A stretch of DNA of 64,000 nt from contig NIVC01000211.1 in the NCBI GenBank assembly GCA_002269645.1, positions 372,001-436,000 on the forward strand, given 5' to 3'. A program made the position numbers and the translations under genes. This document shows positions 24,349 through 34,655 of this stretch, one piece after another (positions within the stretch are counted from its first letter, which is position 1; the number at the start of each line of letters is the position of its first letter). The notes below the pieces were generated by a model. That model searched no databases and was not told where the DNA came from. It saw only the letters and a list, made by a program, of their open reading frames with translations. The stretch is from Macrostomum lignano. Lineage: Eukaryota.

Positions 24349-25728
24349 AATAAGTTTCCGGATGTGCCCAGACAGAAATAGTTAGAGAAAAAAACAGTTA
24401 CATCTTTTCAAAGTACTCTTCAGCAGATTCGATGCAAATTTTCATGCGCCTAAATCACTTGCTGAAGCAGCTGGACCAATCTGAAGCAGGCACCTTCTCC
24501 ACATGCAGGGTGAAGGCCTCCAGTCCACGCAGCTTTGGTGATCCATAGCGGATTCCACGCATGGCCTGCACTTGATTTGTGGAAGCACAAAGAAGTCGCA
24601 GGGGGCCAGGTCGGGGCTGTAGGGTGGATGACCGAGCTCTTGAATGCGCTCTCCGGCTAGGAACTCCGCCACCTGTCGAGCCTTGTGGGCCGGGGCGTTG
24701 TTGAGATGGAGAAGGATGCCCCGAGCTCGAGTCCTTGGGCGACGCCTGGAGAGAGCGCTCAGCACTTCTGGCAGGCAAACGTTGGCGTACCAGTCACTGG
24801 TAACTGTGCGCTGCTGCACGAGTGGAACCGCGTGGCCAGATGACCGGTTTTCGCCACAAAAACGGCCACCATCTGCTTCGCCACGCTGCGCGATCTCGAC
24901 GAGCTTGGATGGTGGGGTGCCGCTAACTGGAGTCCGCTGGGCCGACTGCTGCTTAGTCTCCGGGTTGAAACTATAGATCCAGGACTCGTCACCACTGACG
25001 ATATCCCAGACCAAGTTTGAGCTGCCTCCGTTGAATCTGTCGAGCATGGTGCGGCACCAGGTCACCCGAGCCTCCTGCTCCGGAGCCAGCTGATGAGGCA
25101 CCCAGCGTGCAGAAATCTTGCTCAGGTTGAGCTGTGAATATAGGATCGTCCTGATGAATCCTGATGAGATGCCCACCTCTGTCTCTATCTGGGCCACAGT
25201 CACTCGGGCATCATTCTCAACCATGGCCCGGACAGCAGCAACATTATCCTCGGTCGTTGCGGAGACAGGCTGTCCTCGGTCGTTGCGGAGACAGGCTGTC
25301 CTCGGTCGTTGCGGAGACAGGCTGTCCTCGGTCGTTGCGGAGACAGGCTGGCCGCTGCGCTCCTCATCATCCAGACTCTGCCTGCCACGTCGAAATTCGG
25401 CAAACTAGTCAAAAACGGTGGATCTAGAAGGTGCTTCATCCCCAAAAATCCTCGCAATCGCTCAAGACTTTCTTGCTGCCGCAAACCACTTTTAAAATCG
25501 TAATAAATCATTGCTCTAAAATGACTCCTATTGAGCTCCATTGTGAATTCGATAGATAAGGGTGGGTATTCTAGCTTGGTTTGGGTGCTGCACTGGCTAT
25601 ATATGACCAGTTTGTCTGAAACTTTACAAACATTGTACTTTATAAATGTACTTGACACCTATATGGTGTCAGATTTTGTCAGCCGCCTCTCAACTATGCA
25701 CATCCGGAAACTTATTACTCAGCCCTCG
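24349..25728 (-). mobile_element. Mariner (DD34D) element with decayed transposase, inserted in the KDZ element
   Basis: MELNRSHFRAMIYYDFKSG start, ARWVPH, SGDESW, LHLNNAPAH (D>N) and YSPDLAPCDF. 5' TIR tacgagggctgagtaataagtttccggatgtg; partial 3' TIR aataagtttccggatgtg at 24349. Internal 26-bp tandem duplication near 25240-25345 and frameshifts. Confidence 0.9.
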
Positions 25729-26269
25729 TACGTACAAAATCATCAATCTAAACTCAATTTCATCGTCACCGGGCTCCTGGTTGATAGAGAGGGTTCGCTA
25801 TCCAGCATTGTGCAGCTCCATGACCAACAGTCGCTCTGATGCAATGAGGTGTATGCCTCCTCGACAGTCCGGTAAGGCTCTAACCCTGACCCCTTACCCT
25901 ATTCTTTTTCGAGTTTGTGATGGCCCCCTTTCGCGTCGGTCTATTTGAAAATATTGCGATACAGAGGATAGTTTAGGTTGTAGGCTAGACAAACCTACAA
26001 TTGAAGATTTTAAAACCATTGAGTCCTATTTGCCTATGGCCGGTCGGCGAGTCCTACCAAGCTTTCTCTAATGTCGCAGGTACTGTATACAAGTAAATGA
26101 ATAACACGGTTGAACACAATTCCAGATACTCGTAGATCTAGATTGAGTGATAATCCTATTCTGATAGAACGGCTGATAATGATAGTAGGCTTTAACCCGT
26201 GTATTCGCGATTAACTTGAAATTTACACAGGTTTGATATAGCATTTTGCACTCTGTTTGAGATAAGAAG

Positions 26270-26460
26270 ATGCACAGTTTGGTCATTGAAGCTTTGGACA
26301 GAGGTGAGCGGCCGGTCGATCGCGAAATGGACCAAGATTAACGTCAAGACAGTTATACCAATTAAACGTCGGTATGAAGTGTATGAAGAGGACACTTACG
26401 GCCTGACAGTTCAGCGAGTCCCTGGCCGCTCCTGACTAAACCGCGCTTGCTGACAAACTC
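26270..26460 (+). pseudogene. Degenerate Tc1-like transposase N-terminal HTH remnant
   Basis: With one frameshift reads HSLVIEALDRGERPVD-AKWTKINVKTVIPIKRRYE...VQRVPGRS, similar in pattern to Tc1/Tc3 paired-like HTH; no catalytic region seen. Confidence 0.4.
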
Positions 26461-26822
26461 TGAACGAGGTCGCCGCGAATGTTACGGCGGCAAGACTACT
26501 GCGGTCGGGCAACGGAAAAAGAAATGAACCGGGGCTCGAACTCGATAAGCGCCTCAAAGCGCGACAGGTGACAAAGCGACCGGGGGATGAACAAGGGGCC
26601 GCGGAAAGGAGAGAAGTGAGACAGATCCGATTTTTGCCAAAAACAGTTTCCTAGACATTTATGACCAAGGAAACCATGCAGTAGTATTACATTAAATACA
26701 TAATAATGCCGCTCCCCGCGCGTGATGCCAGTTGCGTTACTTGCAATTCCGATCAGAGAAAAATTGAGATCACTAGCTAAAGGTGGAATATACTTTTCAA
26801 TTCTCAGCAGTGTGTATATATA

Positions 26823-27060
26823 CTCAGCAACAGCTAAACCCCCCCCCCCAACTCACGCTGTCACACGGCCCAAAAGTTTTGTATGCCATCGGTGATTCAG
26901 AAATGTGTGAAGGCTGCCGCCGCCAGACGCGAGCGCAAAATGCGGCATGGGGGATTTGGGGAGGGGGTGGCGCAACTCAACCCAGTGGTGGGAATTAAAG
27001 ACTGCTTAACTTTTGTGCCCGTGTGACAGCGTGAGTTGGGGGGGGTTAGCTGTTGCTGAG
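26823..27060. mobile_element. 238-bp MITE with ~55-bp TIRs and TA TSD (Tc1/mariner-type)
   Basis: ctcagcaacagctaa(c)n aactcacgctgtcacacgg at 26823 and its inverse ending 27060, each flanked by TA. Confidence 0.85.
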
Positions 27061-28394
27061 TATATGTAATAGTGCTCCGGATTTTCAACCGCAGGGGCAG
27101 AATGGGCATAATTTCTCGCTACGGATTTTTTCCCTGGAGGTAACGATGCGCGGCAAAACAGCCATAGCCTAAGAGGGCATGGCACCGCCCTAATGTCTCT
27201 ACTGTTGAGTCGAAGTAGGGCCCTGCGGAGGGCGGAAGGACAGGGGACAGCCGGGCGGGATTACTGGCCGTCGGGGTGTTACTTAAAGTACACAAGGAAG
27301 CTTCAAAATCTTCAGTGCTCATAGTGCATCATCAGCCACGCTAAACTTTATACAGATAATAAAGGCCTAGGATTTCGCCTATTGTTGCTTTTTCAAATGT
27401 TGGGCCTGTTGCGTGGGGGGTTGGGCGTGTGCTTTTACTCCGCGTATCGTTTGTGATTTTATTCCTGTGCGTGCGCTCTTTGTCTGGGCTCACGCTCTTT
27501 GCACGTCTCTGCTCTATCGTGACTTTAATGTACACTGTTGGTGTTTTAGCCCTTGGGTTGAGGGGCTGCTATGGAACCTCGCTTATAATAAATCGTATCG
27601 TATGTCAGTGCACTTGGCACTTTCGTCTCGCCTCGCAAACTTTTGGCTCTCGATTTGCACTGACTAACATCTACGATAACTGATATTTCAAATAACTGAA
27701 AGTAAAAGTATCAATACCTCACATTTAACGAATCACCAACAAGCTGGAAAATGTCTAGATGTTGCTCATTCTTCGTCTTCAAAGATTTGGACGCAACTAT
27801 AACAAATATTTATTTACGACGCTTTTAAAATGCTGCCGATTCTTAAGGCGCCAAAGAGCACACGTAAATATATTTTAAAAGCAAAGTACAGGAAAAAACC
27901 TGCATTATAATTGAACACTGTAGCTCATGAGAACGAATTTGAATCGAGCATTACGAGCTACATGAAAGTATAAGAAAGGGTGCTTATTTTGAGGCGTATG
28001 CCGTTGAATTAAAAATGGATGGTGAAAATGGATGGTAAAAATGGTAAAAAGACCTTGATTTTTTCACTGTAAAATTTCAAAGCAGTGAATAAATAAGCTA
28101 GCAATTTAAACTGGGACACCTCTGATCTTTTGAAAATAAGCGCATCCGTTGACAGAAATTGATTTTGCTTCTAATATATATTTTTTGCCATAGGCTTGCT
28201 AGCAATATATTATTTAATCAAATCCTGCTCCTTTTCGAATGGTTACGCAGAGATAAATTTAATTCAATTATTTTGATATTTCACAAGTGGTTTAATACGA
28301 GCTACTCGTACGAATTCAAAGCACTTAATTTTTTCAGATTCTTTTGCAACCATAAAACAAATTACATCTCGGAAACTTCTCGCTTCTCTCCTGG

Positions 28395-30961
28395 TCACTT
28401 TAAAATTTTAATAAGAACTTGAGATTGTGATGTACTACCGACTTTGATGTTTGCAGAATGACCAGCCGCACCGGCTGGCCGAGGACCGGTATATGTAATT
28501 CGAAAGGCTGGACGATGACCGACGGCGCTGCCCGGCAGAGTAGCAATGTCACCGGCAGGACGATGACCGACGGCGCTGCCCGGCAGAGTAGCAATGCCAC
28601 CGGCAGGACGATGACCGACGGCGCTGCCTGGCAGAGTAGCAATGTCACCGGCAGGACGATGACCGACGGCGCTGCCCGGCAGAGTAGCAATGCCACCGGC
28701 AGGACGATGACCGACGGCGCTGCCCGGCAGAGTAGCAATGCCACCGGCAGGACGATGACTGACGGCGCTGCCCGGCAGAGTAGCAATGCCACCGGCAGGA
28801 CGATGACCGACGGCGCTGCCCGGCAGAGTAGCAATGTCACCGGCAGGACGATGACCGACGGCGCTGCCCGGCAGAGTAGCAATGCCACCGGCAGGACGAT
28901 GACCGACGGCGCTGCCCGGCAGAGTAGCAATGCCACCGGCAGGACGATGACCGACGGCGCTGCCCGGCAGAGTAGCAATGTCACCGGCAGGACGATGACC
29001 GACGGCGCTGCCCGGCAGAGTAGCAATGCCACCGGCAGGACGATGACCGACGGCGCTGCCCGGCAGAGTAGCAATGTCACCGGCAGGACGATGACCGACG
29101 GCGCTGCCCGGCAGAGTAGCAATGTCACCGGCAGGACGATGACCGACGGCGCTGCCCGGCAGAGTAGCAATGTCACCGGCAGGACGATGACCGACGGCGC
29201 TGCCCGGCAGAGTAGCAATGCCACCGGCAGGACGATGACCGACGGCGCTGCCCGGCAGAGTAGCAATGTCACCGGCAGGACGATGACCGACGGCGCTGCC
29301 CGGCAGAGTAGCAATGCCACCGGCAGGACGATGACCGACAGCATCATCAACATTCTCTACGGGTGTATCGGAGACGGCATTATCCTCGAGATGACCGAGG
29401 TCAGCAGCACTGGCTCGATGGGGAATAAACTTTAATTTATCCCGCGAATCATACAACTCCCGCAGCTCCGTGTAATTCATTAGTGCAGGGCGTTTAATAC
29501 TCGGAAAAAAACTGCCGCCGAGGTTGTTGAAGTTCAACTTGGCGCCCATTCCGGCTTGAGCTGTGAAAAAAGTAAGTAAACAGATACATAAGTATAAATA
29601 TATATAAATTTGAAAAAATGGATTACTTTTTAAAGCAGCCTACAGGTGGGGGGGGGGGCGTAGCCCAGCGGTAGCGCAGCTGCTCTGGTGTGCCAGCGAC
29701 CCAGGCTCGATTCCAAGTGCAGTCACATTAATTTGGTGCTGAATTGGAATCAAGGCTTGGCTCTGCTCGTGCAATTAACGACCTTGAGAGCCAACCCCCC
29801 AAGTCGCAGTGAAGTGTACATGCCTAACGATAATATAAAGTTAGGGCCGCTGTACACTCCTGTGTGAGTGTGTGCCTGCGTATGTATCCGCGCGCTTGTA
29901 TGCCTGCTCAGGGGAGTCGGCGGAATGGGCAGCAATGCCTCTCGCCGGTTGTGTGCCTCTGTCGCTTAAAGTGCGCCAGGGTGCACGCAACCCCCCTGCC
30001 TTTGATAAAAAAATAAAAAAGCAACCTACAGACCTAAATGTGAGATTTTCTCTTTCCCTTTAGACTTAAATTATCTAAAATTTAGCACAAGTGGGTCTGA
30101 AAAATACTATGAAAAAAATACATAATTAATTCACCATATGCCATGCGAACAGATGCGCGAACTTCTTTACGCATATGCTCAACCGTCGGTTTTTGAGCCG
30201 ACGACTGTGCTAGTCCGGTGGAAAGTAATTCAAATTTCTGCAATGGTAGAGAACAAATACCATTACATTACATTAGTCATTACATCTATTAAGCTTTAAG
30301 GCCTTTTATCTCAAAATTGCAATTGTATGTAATTGCATCAAAACAATTGCATGACAAGAAACATTAGCTTACTTGAAGAACTCCAATATTGTCATTTAAA
30401 ATTCCTGCGACTTCAGGAGAAGCACAAGTGCGAATATTGGAGCCGCTGCGACTCTTCGTGATAATAATGATATGATAGTCGGCAAACATTAGACGTGCCT
30501 GCAAGTGATTAAGCGAATTTATTCATTTACGCTCAGGCGGTACTACCACACAGTCTGTCAGTCTGGACAAGTACAAAATTTAAAATTAAACTTTGGTGCA
30601 CAGTATGCAATTCAATGTAGTTACCAAATCCTCCAATGTATGCACCGAGGGAGTTTGCTGAACTTTTTCTCGTGCAGCACGTTCGTACACAGATTTTTCT
30701 TCAGCAGTTAGACTTTTAAATTTGTCGCTTAAAAAAGCCATGCGTTCCTTGGAAAAGTTATCTGAAAAAATTATCCGAAATAATTGTAGATCATTACTCC
30801 ATTTAAAACAAAAAAGTATAACTTACGAAAAAGAAACAAACACTGAAGTTCAAAGCAAAAAAGCCAAACAAAATCTTACTTGTTCCCATTGTCTTCAAAA
30901 ACATGGACCAGGCACTGGTCTTTCTTGGGCGCGAACGAAAACTTCGGCACTTTTTTTTCAT
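28395..30961 (-). CDS. HMG-box protein with a long 16-aa-repeat C-terminal region (5 exons: 30961-30880, 30761-30625, 30498-30373, 30237-30135, 29560-28395; ~537 aa)
   Basis: All four introns GT-AG with matching phases 1,0,0,1 and no stops. Spliced N-terminus MKKKCRSFRSRPRKTSAWSMFLKTMGTNNFSKERMAFLSDKFKSLTAEEKSVYERAARE follows the HMG-box pattern (PRKPxSAYxLF...L..EEK..YE..A). Confidence 0.8.
28510..29340. repeat. 48-bp tandem repeat (~17 units) encoding AVGHRPAG(G/D)IATLPGS within the HMG gene
   Basis: Unit gacgatgaccgacggcgctgcccggcagagtagcaatg(c/t)caccggcag; in frame with the last HMG exon. Confidence 0.95.
29657..30020 (+). mobile_element. tRNA-derived SINE, family 2, copy B (in intron 4 of the HMG gene)
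   Basis: Head ggcgtagcccagcggtagcg...ccaggctcgattcc (A/B boxes), body shared with 6050-6347, A-rich tail near 30005-30020. Confidence 0.8.
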
Positions 30962-31089
30962 GCTTAAAAATAGCAGAAAATTGAATTGAAGACAAATAAA
31001 CCATACAATTATTATAAAACATGATTTCCTTAAATGAATAAAAAGGAAAGTGGAAATATAAAAGGATGGAGATAAGGAATATAATTGTT

Positions 31090-33560
31090 AGACGTTTGAT
31101 TCTCCCAAAGGATTACGATAGGAGAGTGGCTGAATTCCCTGGAGGAATGGGATGGGAGAGAGGCTTGATTCCTCAAAGGATTGGGAAAGGGGACTGACTG
31201 GATTCCCTAGAGGATTGGGAAAGGGGAGTGGCTGGATTCCCCAGAGGATTGGGAAAGAGAAGTGGCTGGATTCCCCAGAGGATTAGGAAAGGGGAGTGGC
31301 TGGATTCCCCAGAGGATTAGGAAAGGGGAGTGGCTGGATTCCCCAAAGGATTAGGAAAGGAGAGTGGCTGGATTCCCCAGAGGATTGGAAAAGGGGAGCG
31401 GCTGGATTCCCTAGAGGATTGGGTAAAGAGTGGCTGGATTCCCCAGAGGATTGGGAATGGGGAGTGGCTGGATTCCCTAGAGGATTGGGAAAGAGAAGTG
31501 GCTGGATTCCCCAGAGGATTGGGTAAAGAGTGGCTGAATTCCCTGGAGGAATGGGATGGGAGAGAGGCTTGATTCCTCAAAGGATTGGGAAAGGGGAGTG
31601 GCTGGATTCCCCAGAGGATTGGGAAAGAGAAGTGGCTGGATTCCCCAGAGGATTGGGAAAGGGGAGTGGCTGGATTCCCCAGAGGATTAGGAAAGGGGCG
31701 TGGCTGGATTCCCCAGAGGATTTGTAAAGGGGAGTGGCTAGATTCCCTAGAGGATTTGGAAAGGGGAGTGGCTGGATTCCCCAGAGGATTGGGAATGGGG
31801 AGTGGCTGGATTCCCCAGAGGATTTGGATAAGAAAGCAGATAAATTCCCCAGAGGATTGGGAAAGAGAAGTGGCTGGATTCCCCAGAGGATTAGGAGAGG
31901 GGAGTGGCTGGATTCCCCAGAGGATTAGGAGAGGGGAGTGGCTGGATTCCCCAGAGGATTTGGATAAGAAAGCAGCTAAATTCCCCCGAGGATTGGGAAA
32001 GAGAAGTGGGTGGATTCCTTAGAAGATTTGTAAAGGGGAGTGGCTAGATTCCCTAGAGGATTTGGAAAGGGGAGTGGCTGGATTCCCCAGAGGATTGGGA
32101 ATGGGGAGTGGCTGGATTCCCTAAAAGATTTGTAAAGGGGAGTGGCTAGATTCCCTAGAGGATTTGGATAAGAAAGCAGCTAAATTCCCCAGAGGATTGG
32201 GAAAGAGAAGTGGGTGGATTCCCCAGAGGATTAGGAAAGGGGAGTGGCTGGATTCCCCAGAGGATTGGGAAAGGGGAGTGGCTGGATTCCCCAGAGGATT
32301 GGGAAAGGGGAGTGGCTAGATTCCCCAGAGGATTGGGAAAGGGGAGTGGCTGGATTCCCCAGAGGATTAGGAAAGGTGAGTGGCTGGATTCCCCAGAGGA
32401 TTAGGAAAGGTGAGTGGCTGGATTCCCCAGAGGATTAGGAAAGGGGAGTGGCTGGATTCCCTAAAAGATTTGTAAAGGGGAGTGGCTAGATTCTCTTGAG
32501 GATTTGGATAAAAAAGCAGCTAAATTTCCTAGAGGATTGGGAAAATGGAGTGGCTAGATTCCCCAAAGGATTAGGAAAGGTGAGTGGCTGGATTCCCCAG
32601 AGGATTAGGAAAGGTGAGTGGCTGGATTCCCCAGAGGATTAGGAAAGGGGAGTGGCTGGATTCCCTAAAAGATTTGTAAAGGGGAGTGGCTAGATTCTCT
32701 AGAGGATTTGGATAAAAAAGCAGCTAAATTTCCTAGAGGATTGGGAAAATGGAGTGGCTGGATTTTCTAGAGGATTGGGAAAGGGGAGTGGCTGGATTGG
32801 ATTCCCCAGAGGATTGGGAATGGGGAGTGGCTGGATTGGATTCCCCAAAGGATTAGGAAAGGGGAGTGGCTGGATTCCCCAGAGGATTAGGAAAGGGGAG
32901 TGGCTGGATTCCCCAAAGGATTAGGAAAGGTGAGTGGCTAGATTCCCCAGAGGATTAGGAAAGGGGAGTGGCTGGATTCCCCAGAGGATTAGGAAAGGGG
33001 AGTGGCTAGATTCCCCAGAGGATTGGGAATGGGGAGTGGCTGGATTCCCTAAAAGATTTGTAAAGGGGAGTGGCTAGATTCCCTAGAGGATTTGGATAAG
33101 AAAGCAGCTAAATTCCCTAGAGTATTGGGAAGGGGAGTGGCTAGATTCCCCAAAGGATTAGGAAAGGGGATTGGCTAGATTCCGCAGAGGGTTTGTAAAG
33201 AGGAGGGGCTATATTCCCTAGAGGATTAGGAAAGAGGAGTGGCTAGATTCTCTAGAGGATTTGGATAAAAAAGCAGCTAAATTTCCTAGAGGATTGGGAA
33301 AATGGAGTGGCTGGATTTTCTAGAGGATTGGGAAAGAGAAGTGGCTGGATTCCCTAAAGGATTTGGATAAGAAAGCAGCTAGATTATTCAGAGGATTGGG
33401 AAAGGGGAGTGCCTGGATTCCTTAGAAGATCTGGATAAGAAAGCAGCTGGATTCCCTAGAGGATTGAGAAGGGAGGGTGGCTGAATTCCCCAGAAGATTG
33501 GGAATTGGGAGTGGCTAGATGCCCTAGAAGATTTAGATAAGAAAGCAGCTAAATTCCTAG
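31090..33560 (-). repeat. 34-bp minisatellite array in right TIR (inverted relative to 16480-19700)
   Basis: agaggattaggaaaggggagtggctggattcccc units. Distinctive variants (e.g. ggctggattggattcc) appear mirrored in both arms. Confidence 0.95.
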
Positions 33561-34655
33561 AGGATTGAGATAGGAAAGTGGCTAAATTTCTTAGATGATT
33601 AAGATAAGAGAGAGGATAGATTACTTAAAGGATTAGGGTTATAGAGCTACTAGATTCTTTAAAGGATTATGATTAAGATAAGGGAAAGCTATATTGTTAG
33701 ACAAATTAAGGCTAGGCTTAAGGATAAAGTAGCTTTTAAAGATTAATTTAAACTAAAAATTCAAATAAGGAATTTAGCTAGAAAAGAAACTAAATTGAAA
33801 AAAATATATAAAGGCTAAAAAATTATATCTATTCTAAAAATACTAACTTACTAAGCTAAAGAAAAGCTAAATTTCTAAAAAGATCAGGATTAGAAAAATG
33901 TTGGATATAAATTTGATATAAATTTGCAAGCTCTAAGTATAACCCTAGCTAGTATAGGGCCCAACTATTTTATAATGATATATTTTAATAACATATAATT
34001 ATAGTGGAGGCTTAGCATTGATTAAAAATAAATGAACAAAGATAGGTCTTTATAAATTAAAAAGATCTATATACAGTATACCCTACATAATAGGCCTGTA
34101 TAGATGGTTAGGCCTTCTTTTATTAAATGTTTAAAGGTATTATAAATAGACAGTTCCCTGATAACAGTTCTCATTCTGATTTAAATACTCTACACTTTGC
34201 AATGCAACTAGTAATATTGCAGTATCAATGAAACTTCTTTCCACTGTTTGAACTAATCCATCGATCTATATTAAAAGCAGCAAAATAACGATTTTAATTA
34301 TGCGCCGAAATTAGTTCATTGGATTTATACACAAGCCCGCTTTTAATTGGGTAGAAGACATGTCACCGTGGCATATGACATGGCATTTACCCGATCTTAT
34401 GCACTCGTTTTTGTACCTTTAGTCCGGGTTTTTATCGATGCCACTCGGGTGGTTTTCGGTCGCTATCGCCACGATAAAAGCATAAGCTCTGGCTAAAAGT
34501 TTAAAGACACATTTTTCAATCAGTTTTTTATAAATAAAAGTTCAATTTATGTACAAATACTTCTGGTTTAACAATTAAATTCATGCTGAAAGAAAAAATT
34601 TGTTTATAACTTACGTATATTTCAATTTGAGATTTACCCGGCAGACGAATTGACT

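Larger units (their letters stand above)
15593..34451. mobile_element. 18.9-kb KDZ/Zisupton-type DNA transposon with multi-kb TIRs and 8-bp TSD GTTTTCGG
   Basis: Termini cacccgagtggcatcgataaaaacccgg (15593) and exact inverse ending 34451. gttttcgg at 15585-15592 and 34452-34459. Arms mirror each other for about 1.9 kb plus inverted minisatellite arrays. Encodes a KDZ transposase and an HMG-box gene. Confidence 0.9.

Noticed and set aside
19837-31090. TET/JBP dioxygenase gene expected from fungal KDZ elements
   Set aside because: No convincing HxD...H 2OG-Fe(II) motif set found by eye; left open pending a profile search.
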